Source of the DNA: Diplonema japonicum
Taxonomy: Eukaryota; Protista; Euglenozoa: Diplonemea
Assembly: GCA_964019335.1 (NCBI GenBank)
Contig: OZ025651.1
Span: 310,001-374,000 of the forward strand
Direction of reading: 5' to 3'
DNA length: 64,000 bases
Shown: positions 53,801-63,476 of the stretch, one piece after another
Layout of the letters: every line of letters starts with the position of its first letter
Position numbering within the stretch: position 1 is the first letter of the stretch
The notes under the pieces: model-generated
Told to the model about the DNA's origin: nothing
The model's input: the letters and a program-made list of their open reading frames with translations, nothing else
The model's database searches: none
Program-made: the position numbers and the translations under genes

Positions 53801-55638
53801 CTATTGTTGCGGAGCTCAGATATTTTGTACTCGTTGACTGCCGTGCAGAATGTCGACTCGAAGGTGCGCTTACGATCGTCCAAATCTTGACCCGGCAACA
53901 GAGACTTTAGGTTGGTAGCCTCGAGCATCTCAGCATGAGTCAAACGCTTGTTGGGGTCCTCATTAAGGAAGCACCACGGCAGGATAGTCTTGGATTGCGC
54001 CAGGTTGAAGATCTTCATGCGGTACCTTGTGTTCTTGTCGCTGGGACATTGGCCTTGCCACCCAAAGGTGATGGTCTTCTCACCAGCGGCAATGAGATGC
54101 AGGGAAGTAACAGGATTCAGAACTATCTCTGATAGAACAGAGTCTTCTGTCGACGCAGAGGCCGACGACGCGGACGCTGAGGAAGCAGCAACAGAAACAG
54201 GAGAGGAATCATTTTGAACGGGGTCTACGGCTTCCTCCGAAGTGATTCCTACCAATTCAGCATCACTCTTCTCCCTTGTCGATCGAAGAGAATCCAACAA
54301 ATGGGTGCTTTCATCAAGGCAACTTTCGTCAATGCCCGTCATGACACTCGGGCTACGAATGCTCTGTAGGCTTGCGACGTTCTGCAGGAGGTTTGTCGAT
54401 GATTCTATAGGAGGCAAGCCCACATGGGTTTTGGTCGGCTTAGAGTTGATAAGCTTGTTATGAGATTTCTTTTTCAATATCGGCGACATGGGTTCCCTTC
54501 TCTTCCTGGCTGTCTGAAAAGAAGTTTCAAGGCACACTTCGGCTAGGCCCCACATGCTATTCGGCGTGATCATGAGCGTGGCACGCAGGACTACCCCTTT
54601 GGGCAATTCCCTGACAGTGATGGAAGTCGCCTCGGAGGGGAGGGTTTTCTCAATAGTAAAACCAGTATCATCGGTAACGCAAAGATGTCTCGTATAAAGG
54701 GGGGAACCGGCACTGGAAATAACCCTTGCAAGGGAATGGTCGAGGGCAAGGTACTGCATGGAAGCAGGTATAGTGGGGTAAGGTTTGTCAGAGGGACGCC
54801 ATTCGAGAACGGCTGTCGTGGCTGAGATCAGGTTGGGTTTGGAGAATTCCGGTTCAGGGTGGGTCTGGAACACAGAGTCGTGCGACCATGGGCCGAACAA
54901 CGCTGACACGGAGCAACGCGGGCGGACTCTTGCAGAATATACTGTTCCGGGCAGCAACCCGGCTGCAACTGCCGTCACAGTCTCTCCACACACCACAACG
55001 AATCTACCGCTCGCCACGTCTGTCACCTTCAACTCGTACACGTCGTCAAGGAACGTTGACAGCGGTGCTGTTATGACGTCGCTCTGCTGGATGTACACCG
55101 GTTTCCCCATTTGTCTGTCCCTTGCAATCCTCGCTGTTTTCTGCCTCTTGTTGAGGCCTTCGTAAGGATCCCTTTGGGCACATTTCCCACCCCTCGCCCA
55201 CGACAACTCCGCATGCGCCTCACCTACAACAAGCAACCTGTAGATACCCAGTAGCGCGGCTGTCTGAACCTTTCTAACAATTTCTTCGCTTCCGTTCGTG
55301 AGGGTTAAGGTGTACACCGTGTCCTGGCGGAGTGTGAGGAACATGGTGTAGCCCGGCGATGGTATTACAACTGCGGGGCGTGTGTTCAGCTTCACGCTCC
55401 ATACGGAGCCGGGGTCGCCTTCTAAATAAATCCCAAAGTACGTTTCCCTCACAGGGCACACCACTACGCTAAGGCCTGCCTGTTGAATCTGCGGCTTCGG
55501 CCTCGCAGGGAGGCCTATGAACCGCAGAGGGAGATCGTTGGAAAGGCTTGAGGACACTTCAGCGATGTCAAGGCACGGTGAGAGAGCAGGGAGGAGTGAG
55601 GCAGCCACAGCAGCAGACGCCATCGCCTGAGCTGGCAT
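47812..55638 (-). CDS. Giant fibronectin type III repeat protein (~2600 aa)
   Basis: About ten or more repeats of L.P.T.Y...VR...WG.WS....F.T; charged coiled-coil insert; no evident signal peptide or TM. Start uncertain (55638, 55623 or 55671). Intronless. Confidence 0.85.
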   Translation of the reverse strand: MPAQAMASAAVAASLLPALSPCLDIAEVSSSLSNDLPLRFIGLPARPKPQIQQAGLSVVVCPVRETYFGIYLEGDPGSVWSVKLNTRPAVVIPSPGYTMFLTLRQDTVYTLTLTNGSEEIVRKVQTAALLGIYRLLVVGEAHAELSWARGGKCAQRDPYEGLNKRQKTARIARDRQMGKPVYIQQSDVITAPLSTFLDDVYELKVTDVASGRFVVVCGETVTAVAAGLLPGTVYSARVRPRCSVSALFGPWSHDSVFQTHPEPEFSKPNLISATTAVLEWRPSDKPYPTIPASMQYLALDHSLARVISSAGSPLYTRHLCVTDDTGFTIEKTLPSEATSITVRELPKGVVLRATLMITPNSMWGLAEVCLETSFQTARKRREPMSPILKKKSHNKLINSKPTKTHVGLPPIESSTNLLQNVASLQSIRSPSVMTGIDESCLDESTHLLDSLRSTREKSDAELVGITSEEAVDPVQNDSSPVSVAASSASASSASASTEDSVLSEIVLNPVTSLHLIAAGEKTITFGWQGQCPSDKNTRYRMKIFNLAQSKTILPWCFLNEDPNKRLTHAEMLEATNLKSLLPGQDLDDRKRTFESTFCTAVNEYKISELRNNSNYGVKMCAFDDVHECWMEWCTPTIMTTQKIAELSISLLTHSGVVLRPSHASEYRTELQVTIHDGSSTQKLQSYFNPSVDLCVEDLSGNSRYAFQSRHEQSNKRWGSWSNKVLLTLRYVPIDLAPLGEDGFEVQWTVRDLSAMQTGVFNKFFVIATAMSTKKTEVIDIDPLPPKPKWRYTGLAQDRYKVSFLQVVQYADEDAWAQSIKYFWQEQYAAIALIKQLEILVSKIGEESVALFGIQENSKTVSKLPRPYTLDSASLEQEKQLLGVMQRLRNNFTSAECEGMAKDIVRFEVSVTRLDSDSTFTKKFAPTAQLGCVVSGLSPDKSYSIKLKPQLVAGNTTYWGQWSQLVRFTTLGKLTIDADVIGEDFVHIKWARSLPFKTKHEIRETAALERLMAAGGVGLADEEKEEHNRLIEKEKEYWKTLKEERDGRRARRRKRRREKYKDGGFDDVSESQSGMVDEWVAVMREFAKVEERERRRHALRRQKQERIKKNKEIRIKLEEQRQTLMQQKKKDVISIARKQGQAVPNIRDLVVVLTEEEQDRFAYEEEEVSSDSTDDGDDHPYLSVVYRMETDYEVWVRVEGERDPLTHPVAWDEDQFLIQGLMSGVRHAIKLRQRTLVGKWSLWSNHIMIQTLTDIRVKVHEVGEEYVSLSCSRAPVSVDGEEDEEATQVITLSDDNGTVAGYQVRITFRSEVKNRSASATSQPFEFIKDVSLENFSDIFLVAGLMTDSLYSICIRVRVKGEYWGQWSELVTFHTAKAIVVSLHSLTETCFQVSWERPPLDKVEPKQPILTINASGEYEAIYQTQTVSNNVQHWKMEMEGDVPGETGTWVHRMVVTQHVLAENSMSFSQLRPDAIYKISVRSYDTVGMLSPLSPPLYVATKPETMSRVTVIGEHYAMVCIERTPRRAEVEDLRACGERLLQYEAQEERNSKGKKTRKRRQRIVDPKLLSQDQLLFMEGATVVVQDGLDKEYDIRVITGSCELKGKIPKQTESIAVTKTFAMETRVLQNLEPGMTYSCFSRACHQSGDAEPKWGTWCGPSIFETLAPILVILKRVCEKYVDVTLTKAKASDSKIDTCASYQMAINLNVVPTSIELQPETETTLRINSLSRDSLYSVLLRNVIFSMNIAERKVCYDHWYPNFHFRTLPRRPCMPILYEARHVNNDLMLGLFWRTETDADCVTCPDLVLHSEQAKIESMKTAMQCRFVQLWGARSGLVVVERQIEEDEESDEKQSAMSSPGNSPHSSPKNSPRSVQGTMLSRKLAPEMPALLETLMGSTVADTLRAVYRLDAKSLRGLLTQMNASHADLPSTPTTELAVRLAHVTHSTVHYSTVDYREFSGSCRTVEMKHDAADRSFMLKMPSPSPSESHQELTDEGQYNSYYPMIKTTAKYVWYCKDSYEDREDDYDDDDGLDMLISGDIIIISLPQSTGMTTEYSVTKTFGSANACTTFADSPTIEETHQSTYGYLLQAASVISLSNGDHGVWQDVGEIDGDGFARIKISKGKLCDYAFRLRGRNSNADKYYNKYSGTRPPAKLWSQYSISVSWKDTRPPKACTNLRVRSVSHTTAVLDWNPPEDAMQHNQLCYDVFLMRVGIDASWVLFCKARSYTCVLSNLAIKTVFKATVRPTSTYGTGTMCHNVRFTTNLTVNKHKAAENHGQPSDLWAVAEWNWPYPCDTKFDRTRPPFQSAFHLPVNNALARKRDLYSIQKACTLRIAPFLLIPEKDFPVEPISSPASPSFENFMDNQSTEASEPLTPTTPKPRRKGSVEGYKRVKRRRSMRVEEGQFSYNPPDPSTVLISCIMQNKDAGQKKRSVRFTIPEAEVKKEEILPIHSRKKKSIDRRSSSPVAVLSGVTTAADMICWRNVRRESYRGSNVIHDDDFFQEDLDFRTTSHNGIGMVLPGGDGRKENIFSQWDSNIDDKDKVAEPPHRRRKSKKKKIKIPRPPAHQHSATPHHTRTTTVSFANNRAAHFTTRFVQTPVSVIPGEWGVRQQE

Positions 55639-55757
55639 GTCATAGTGGGCCCTGGGAGAAAAATGATGCAAAAAAAGAAGGATGAGAGGGGATATTTTTA
55701 ACTTAATAATAACGTGTAACTGAAAGTTTTAAAAAATTGGTGTTCCTCCCCTCCCCT

Positions 55758-55958
55758 TCAAAACCTCCATGGTACTGAAGTCCCGTACCCTGCGCTCCTG
55801 TTTGGGCCGGAGACGTACGCCACTACAGGCCGGGGTTCCCCTGATAACAGAGCCGCTTTTCTTTTCCGCTGTATTTGGGCGTTTTTCAACTGTTTTGCCT
55901 GCGCCTCGTGGTATCCTTTTTCAAAGCCCTCTGCAAAAGAGGCCGCGCAGGCTGGCAT
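55758..55958 (-). CDS. Possible small protein (66 aa)
   Basis: Homopolymer-free ORF on the gene strand with an A-rich leader; no family recognised. Confidence 0.4.
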   Translation of the reverse strand: MPACAASFAEGFEKGYHEAQAKQLKNAQIQRKRKAALLSGEPRPVVAYVSGPNRSAGYGTSVPWRF

Positions 55959-56289
55959 GGTTTCCCCTTCTTTTTCTTTTCTTTTAGGTGTTTCTCTTTT
56001 TTTCTTTTAGATTGTGTTTCCTTTGCTGGAAAAAAAGGAAGAAAAAAAAAAAGAAGGGAAGAGAAGAGGAAAAAAAAAAAAAAAGAAAAAAAAAAAAGAC
56101 AGAGTTAATACAGAGAAGAAAGAAGTGAAAAGAGATGAGGTGCAGTATATAAAATAAAAAAAATAAAATAAAACTTGGAACATATTGTTGTTACCGTTAT
56201 CTCCCCTCTCTTTTTTTTTTTTTCTTCTTTGGACTTTAAAAAACGTGTGAGGTGGGGGTACTTGGGTTGTAACGTTAGTATTCTTGGAC

Positions 56290-56335
<46 letters not shown>

Positions 56336-56844
56336 GTCCATCTCGTGCCTTTCTCGGTTACCCATTGTGGGGGAGGCAAAAAAAAAAAGAAGAAAAAAGC
56401 GCACAATTCCCTCACTTTAAAAAAAAAGAAGAATAGTCGGTAGAGGGTTGAACTCAGTCGGGGGGCACAACGAGGGAATAATAATAATAAAAAAAAAAGA
56501 AAAAATGGGGGGGAAAAAAAAACTATTCTGACGTTGCGCTTTTTTTTTTTTTTTTTTGACCCTATAAAAGGTCATGCATACTGCGCTGCCAATAAATGAG
56601 CTTTTTTTTTCCCCACTCCCCTTTTTTTCTTTTTTTACTTAAAGTAACTTTATAATGAAATTGCTATAAATTCAAAAAAAATCACAATGATGGGGGGGAA
56701 GAGGTGTTAAGCAACGACCCAGAGCACGAAAGGCGCTCCTACGCTCCCCGGTAATTTACTAGCACGAAAAAAAAAAAAGAAACAGAAGAAAAAGGAAATA
56801 TGATAGGGGGAGGGTGTTAGCACTGGACCCACAAAAGAAAATAT

Positions 56845-57886
56845 GAGCTCGTCCGAAAAAAAATGTCAACACTTTTTTGGGCACCTCCGAAAATTTCTTG
56901 TTTTGATTATTTGAGCAAAAAAAGGGCAGCATGCAACCATAGGAAGATGACATACAGGTGTACATGACGCCGTTCTTTCAATTGCGATGCTTGTTTTGCC
57001 ATGAGGGTGGCAGGCTTTGCAACCGGCTGCCCCCGGGAAGCGAAAAACAGAGGTCAGAAAAACGACGAAAAATGTTTAAAATGCAGTTTAAAAGCTTGAA
57101 ATGCAGCACCTAGGGTGCATAAAAGTGGTGAACACACACCTTTGTGACCCCTGGGTACAACCCAGGGTCGGGTTACTGTTAAAAGTACTTAGCGAAAAAT
57201 ATATGGCGTTGCATAGCCCCCAAAAAACCGGTTTTTTTAGCCCTATTTTTTTTGCTTTTTCGAGGGGTTCCTAAGGGAATTGGCCTAAAAGGCCCATTTT
57301 CCTGAAAACCCAATTCTTAACACTTGCCTGCTCAACATCGGTATCTTTGGGGCCATACATGCATTCTCTACCCATCTGCTGAGGTTTGTCTTTTTTTTTC
57401 TTACTCAGACTCTGACAATTAAAAATTGAGAAGTTTGCTTTTAAAGGGCCCTTAAGGGATTTTAGCCTAAAATGGGCATTGTAGCCCAAAATAGGCCAAA
57501 ATGGCAGTATTTTCCCCACCCCATTTTAATAGTGATAAAGAGCCCAAACCACCCAAAATGACCCCTTAAGTTTCACAGATTTCCCATCTGCGTCCATTTC
57601 TTCTCGCTTTCTATTGAAGAAAACAAAAAAAAAGAATATGGAGCCTGGGTCATTTACAATTTTCGGATGCCAAAAACTAAAAAAAACCATTCTAAAAAGC
57701 ATGTTTTTGCACGCGCGTTTTAGAAATGAAACAAACGGCGTGCATTGTGACCTATATGGTGTTCAAGCTCAGACTGCAATTCTGCACACAAAGTGGTGTC
57801 GGACTACTTTTGTACTTAGAAATTTTCCGAGGATTTTCCGTTGCAAAAGAGGGTCATTTGTTGACATTTTTTTTCCGGACAAGCTC
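56845..57886. mobile_element. Non-autonomous TIR DNA transposon (MITE-like, 1042 bp)
   Basis: Left TIR GAGCTCGTCCGAAAAAAAATGTCAACA (56845-56871). Right TIR reverse complement GAGCTTGTCCGGAAAAAAAATGTCAACA (57859-57886). ATAT on both outer sides. A second inverted match at 56884-56898 vs 57818-57832 (14/15). No credible ORF. Confidence 0.85.
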
Positions 57887-58412
57887 ATATAAAAAAATAA
57901 AGCGAGCGTATAGGGAAATTCCAAAAAAAAAAAAAAAAGAGAGAGAGAGAAACCAACACAAGGGAACCACAGGGACACGCAGCAAACATTCTCTCTTCTT
58001 TTTTTTTTTCTCTTTTTTTTTTTTGTTCCTATAAATTCTACTAGCACTTATTCCCATTCTCTCCGTTTGTTTCCATGAAACATTTTCGCCTTTTTTTTTT
58101 CATCCCCTCCTCACGGTAAAGCTCTGGAACAGGAAAAAAAAAGAGAATAGAAAACGTGTGTATCCCCCCCCCCCCCCCCCCCCGACTAAAGAAAACTTTT
58201 AACGGGATCGCTTTATAAAAAAAAAAATTTTTTTTTCTCAAGGCGATAGGAGAGGGGAGAAACCAACGAACTGAGCAACGAACGACCCAAAAAAAAAAAA
58301 AAAAAGGGGTCAAAACCAAACAAGGCAAGTGATATACGTGAGGACTTTATTTCATTTTTTTTTTTTTTTCCATTTTTTTTTCTTTTGGCACAATTTCCCC
58401 CTCCCGTCCCCC

Positions 58413-59516
58413 CTACCCGGAATTCAGGGATTCCACCAACTGACCAAGGGTAGAAGGCAGCGGCACACGATATAGCTCCTTTCGCAGTTTTATGATGCTT
58501 GGAGACCATGTTGTGGGTACGTAGTAATATCCTCCTTGGCAGAGGATGGACCCTTCGTCGGCTTTTTGTTTCAGAAAATCAGGAACGGTGAGGGAGGACA
58601 TGGACAGCTCCTCCACCAGCTCAGAGACTATGATGAGGGTATCGTCGTGGTGGCCTCCCTTCATGGAGGAGTAGAAATTCGTGACGATAAGAGTATTCTG
58701 TTTTTGAACAACCACCTTCCGAGCGTTATCAATAAGGAGCACCTTGTCAGTGTTACGTCCCAGCGCGGAAAGATCTTTTTTAACAGCACCCTTTCCCGTC
58801 CATGACAGGTCGCGTGCAAGGGTCCAATCGAATACGTTTCCCTCCTTTGCAATCATGGATATTAAGTCCCGGGTTGCTTTGGCGTAACGTGGTACACCAG
58901 CTGTCCAGATTCCGAGGTCGATCTTGTGTTTCAAACTGCATAGTTTTCTTAAGGATGTTTCCAGCCCGGATCTGAAACGCAGCTCGGCTTTTTGTAAGGG
59001 GAACGTTTCCAAACAAAAGTGTACCTGTGTTTCATCAATGTCTAGTATGACGCAATACTCCTTGTCAGAGGGAGGCAGCGGGGCAACAACCGTGTTTCGA
59101 ATTGTTGCAATTTCTGGTAATGTGATCTGGTGCAACCGTAGTATGGTTTGCCAGCATTCCAGCTCGCTTCTTATGACGGAGGCCACGGTGTTGGCGGAGG
59201 ACAATTCCAGTGACTGTAGTGTGCACGTGGTCTCTCTGCAGGTTTCCGCGTCTTTTCTCATGTTTTTCATGATGTTTGTCAGGTTTTCTAGTTCCGTTCG
59301 AGACAGGGCGAGCTCTTCCTCGAGGATGTGTGTCTTCTTCAGGTTTTTCAGCTGCTCTTCCTGTCTAGCGTTGATCTCCTCCTCCCGCTCCCGCAGCTTT
59401 TCCAGCAATGTTGCATTGAACCTGCGTAACCGGCGGTTTTCTTGCGCGAGAAGTTTTGGGTTCGCTTCGGGTGGACTGCCTTTTTCAGCACTACCACCTA
59501 TTATCCAATCCCACAT
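58413..59516 (-). CDS. FCP1/SCP-like (NIF) HAD phosphatase with N-terminal coiled coil
   Basis: VILDIDETQVH (DxDxT), FRSGL, IWTAG...YA, KKDLSALGR...VLLIDN. Start MWDWII at 59516. Confidence 0.85.
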   Translation of the reverse strand: MWDWIIGGSAEKGSPPEANPKLLAQENRRLRRFNATLLEKLREREEEINARQEEQLKNLKKTHILEEELALSRTELENLTNIMKNMRKDAETCRETTCTLQSLELSSANTVASVIRSELECWQTILRLHQITLPEIATIRNTVVAPLPPSDKEYCVILDIDETQVHFCLETFPLQKAELRFRSGLETSLRKLCSLKHKIDLGIWTAGVPRYAKATRDLISMIAKEGNVFDWTLARDLSWTGKGAVKKDLSALGRNTDKVLLIDNARKVVVQKQNTLIVTNFYSSMKGGHHDDTLIIVSELVEELSMSSLTVPDFLKQKADEGSILCQGGYYYVPTTWSPSIIKLRKELYRVPLPSTLGQLVESLNSG

Positions 59517-59658
59517 TTCTTTTTTTTTTTCTTCTTTTTTTTTCCCTGTTTGTTTCTTTTTTTTTTTTTTTTTTTTTTTTTTGCAGTAAAAAGAAAATGT
59601 ATAGAAATTATTCACATCCTTTTTTTTTTTTTTTTTTTTTGAAAAAAGATTCCCCATT

Positions 59659-60037
59659 TTACCCTCCTCTGTCCTGTGCTTCTCGGACAGCTTTGCCTTC
59701 CACCACTGCCACGATGTTGTCTTGAGGATGCGTTCGCCATAGTAGGAAACCGAGTTCGTCGATGAAGAAATATGCAAAGTCCTTTTTTTTTTCTTTTTTT
59801 TTCTTTATTTTTTTCCATGGGTACCTTCACTTCATGAGTTACGTAGGACCCGAACTCCCTCCCCACCACCACGTGCCACTTGACACTGTACTTGGTGTCG
59901 AATTCTTTTTTTATGAACTGCGCTATGCCTTTTTGTTCCTTGAACTTTGTGAGCGCGTGTGCTGCGCAGTCAACCGCATCCTGCAGCATTTGCTTGTTCA
60001 TGTCCGTCGTTCGTATAACTGCATTCATACCTGCCAT
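59659..60037 (-). CDS. Dynein light chain, LC8/DYNLL family; intron 59782-59824
   Basis: IAQFIKKEFDTKY...WHVVVGREFGSYVTHE. Removing a 43-nt GTACCC...A(n)G intron restores the final strands DFAYFFIDELGFLLWRT. Confidence 0.92.
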
Positions 60038-60222
60038 CTCCCCCTACCCCCTTCCTCCTGGAGGACACACCTCCCCTCCAACCCTGTTGTTGAGTGCTTT
60101 TTTTGGCAAAAAAGAGAAAGAAAAAAAAAAGAAAAAAAAAACACTTTTTTTTTTTTTTTTGTGATAACGGATGAGCGGCGGAAGTGAAATAGAAAAAAAA
60201 AAAAAAAAAACAAAAAAAGAAG

Positions 60223-60258
<36 letters not shown>

Positions 60259-60328
60259 CACGCCACCCCCCTTTCCTCCGTTATGCATTAATTTGTCACC
60301 CCCTCCCTTTTTTGTTGCTTCTTTTTCT

Positions 60329-63300
60329 TTATTTCATAAACGGCGGTGGCACAGCACTGGGGTAGGCCGCACGATGACCACCAGGTGCGTGGTGTTGGTG
60401 TTGGTGTTGGTGTTGCTGCTGATTCCGAAGAATTTCCCGGCGTGCTCGGGCTGTAAGAAAGGTTATTTTTTCTTTCCATACCATGTGTCAGAACCTGTGC
60501 CAACGACAGTGTGCACTTGTCAACTTTTTTCCTGTCTTCCGGGGTCTCCATCTTATTCCGCAGCTCCTCGATCTTCTCACGGGTTTTAGCTTGCAAAACG
60601 GAGATATCCGTCGTTTCAATCCCAAGCGTGTCCTGGTATAATTTAGGAAGAAGGAAAAAAAAAAAAAACCACCCGGCCATACCGCCAAATATTTCCTCGC
60701 CTCAGCAAAGCTTTCTTCAGGAACCCTCCCCTCAACCAGCTTCGGGATGACCGCCTTCTTGAAGCAGTCTACTATATATTGGACCTTTGGCTTCGACCCT
60801 TGGAAGGTGTCACGGTGGGGTAGCTTCTTGACAAGATGCGCTGTATTTTTTTTTTTTTTTTTTTTTTTTCCCCCTGGGATTACGGTCCATACCAATGGTA
60901 CTAGGCATTGAAGAGTAGTCATCTCGAGGGGCCACGTCATCTTCAGTCAACCGGGTGGCACCAGTGCCTGCAACAAAGTTCTTTCCTATCATATGATGGT
61001 CTTTTTCAGGTCTCGGGGCGTGCTTTGGGTCCCATGTCCCGAACGGCGTCACGACCCTTGATAGGGTCTCGGGGTCTATCACAGACCATCGCGATGATGT
61101 GGTTGGGTAGTGAACCCATTTTGTCCGGATTTCAGGCTCGCCCACAGTGCGCCTGGACCGGAGGGGGTTCCCGTGCTGTGCAAGGTTCTCTGTAAGAGGG
61201 CTTTCCCCCCGCAGTTTCATGGAACGGGCTATCACGTCATCGGGGTTTTCACCATTCAGACCAATTGTGGCAAGACGGAAGAATGCATGTTCAAGCTGAT
61301 CGATGGCCTTCATTTCCCGTGGTGACGCAGGGACCAAGCCTTCAAAGGAGTACCTGTGAACAAGCTGCCTTGCGTAGGTTCCGATTTTCATTTTTCCGAA
61401 CTTGTCTTCACGCATTTTTTCAGCCACATGTACCCCCCGCACGCCGCCCTTCCACAGTTCAAACTCGACCCGCTTGTTGTGCACGAGAAGGGCCGCATTT
61501 GCGTCCGTGTTGTCCTGCCAGTCCCCGGAACCGTCGAAAAGCTGTGAGAACAGATTTCTCAGCGTGTTTTCATCCCCCGTGCCCCACAGGGCTTGGATGT
61601 AGTTTAATAGGAAAAGCGGGTTGACTTGTTTTTCTTCTTTTTGACGCATGTAGCCGCGTTCTAATATCGACCTGGGGTCCAATGAACCTTCGGCAATCTG
61701 TGGCGGGGTAACCTTCTCCAACCTCGCGATTGCTGAGTAAAACGGCCCCGACAGCGTGGAGTCGTCCTTGTGGGCCCTCTGAAGGTGTTTTGATTGGTAG
61801 GCGTCTTGCTGCGCCTCCATTCTCGACGCGGACTTCAAGAACCGCATGAAGTGAACCCACGTCAGTGTTCGCAGCTCGCCGTGGGGGACCCTTGACAGGG
61901 TGTCCTCGAACACTGCAGTGCCAAGCACGTACGGGGTGAAGCGCATTAACCGTTTGGCTTCGACACCCTCGCCACAAACCATGCCCTGGCCAGGATGCTG
62001 CCACACAGTTTTAACTATTTTGTTGTCGATATCTTCTTGAGTCGGGCGTCTCATGGGGGTTTCGAGGAGCTTGGAGGGTTGCAGGTGGCTTAACATGTCA
62101 GTGTATGCAAATCGAAGTAAAAGGCTTGTCGGGCACGCTTTCAAGCTGTCGGAGAAGACCTTGTTCGCTTCGTCATACAAATCCTTCTCGAACAGGAAAC
62201 GGCTCTGGACGTACCAGAAAAGAGGGATTTTCGACATGCAGATCAAGGCTTTCTTGCACATGGTCACGATGCGGTGTTTCAGAATGGATGGTTCCACAGA
62301 CATGGGGTTCGACATCTCGTGGTTGACGAGGCGGTACCACAACGCGGCCTGCTCGTGGTCCTTTGTCACGGACGACCCAAGGGTTGTGGAGACGGGTATT
62401 TTAATATCAGCAGGGTAATCAACCTCCAAAGGTCTTGCGCAGTACTGAGTGTCGAGTTGCAACACAAGCGGTGCGAGTGTTTCGTTGTAGTGGTAGAGGG
62501 CTCGTTCGTGGGCGGTGCGGAGCGCTTCTGTTATTTTCATGGTGCCGACGGATTTTTCCCAAGCTTGGTACGCCTTCCAGGTCTCGGGGAGGTTTTTCAT
62601 GGGGATCTTCAAACGGTCGTTATACGCCTTTCGGATCTCCTGCTGCACTGAGAACTCTGACCCTCGCTTGGAGAGGAATTTGATGTAATCGTTCCACAGC
62701 AGGTCGGACTCGAAGTCATTCCCGACACGGTCCAAGCAGTAGCTGTACGCCTTGCGCGTCTCCGTGAACTCTTGGTACTTTGACACATAGTCTGTGTATG
62801 CCTTCCAGACAGTGACATGCTGGTACTCCCTGAGTTTTTCTCGAAAGATTTGGTCAATTTTGGTCCGGTTGTCTTCCATGGAAAAGCGGTAGTCTTCTTG
62901 GATGCTTGCAACGTACCCTACTATCGCAGTGGCGCAGGCTGGGAAAATAGATAGAATGCGCTTGTACACGTCCTCCGTGTCCTCCAGCTTGTAACGTCTT
63001 AGATCTCTTAAGATGAGGTCCCACGCTTCGGAGTCCCATTCGCAGTTGCCCACCCGTTTGAAGCAGGCTTCAACGTCCGGTGCTTTCTCGTACAGGCCTT
63101 CCCCTCTCCCGGGGCCCCACTTCGCGGCCTCCACATCTTGCAGCCCGTCTGCGAGCATCTTCTCGATTTTAATCTCGGTTTTCACATCTTTCTTCTCGTC
63201 CTTCACCTCCGCAGCAGCAGGTTCCCCACCGAACCGGACCTTTTTCCGCTCGCCTTCTTCTTTTGACGGCTCCGCCTCACGCTTTGACCCGATGCCGGGT

Positions 63301-63329
63301 TCGATCTTGACTTCTTTTTTTACCGACAT
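60329..63329 (-). CDS. CSTF3: Cleavage stimulation factor 77 kDa / Rna14 (HAT-repeat Suf family); introns 60841-60883, 60633-60682, 60451-60481
   Basis: HAT repeats (LWNDYIKFL...IRKAY...IPMKNLPETWKAYQAWEK), LVHRYSFEGLVP. The first intron restores the hinge-like LVKKLPHRDTFQGSKPKVQYIVD. All three introns (43, 50, 31 nt) keep one frame. Confidence 0.88.
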
Positions 63330-63476
63330 TTTTTCTCTTTTTTTTTTTTTTTAAAGGTCCCTCCCTGTGACCTGGGGTGTTGGTAAGATAGAAGGGTCTG
63401 AGGAAGGAGTATCCCCAAAAGGGCATGTAAGTACTTGGCATTAAATCTTCTTTTTTTTCTCAAGGACACGATTTTC

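Noticed and set aside
59517-59657. MGNLFSKKKK myristoylation-like N-terminus for the phosphatase
   Set aside because: It starts immediately after the LC8 stop and consists mostly of homopolymer spacer; MWDW after a CAG acceptor is more plausible.
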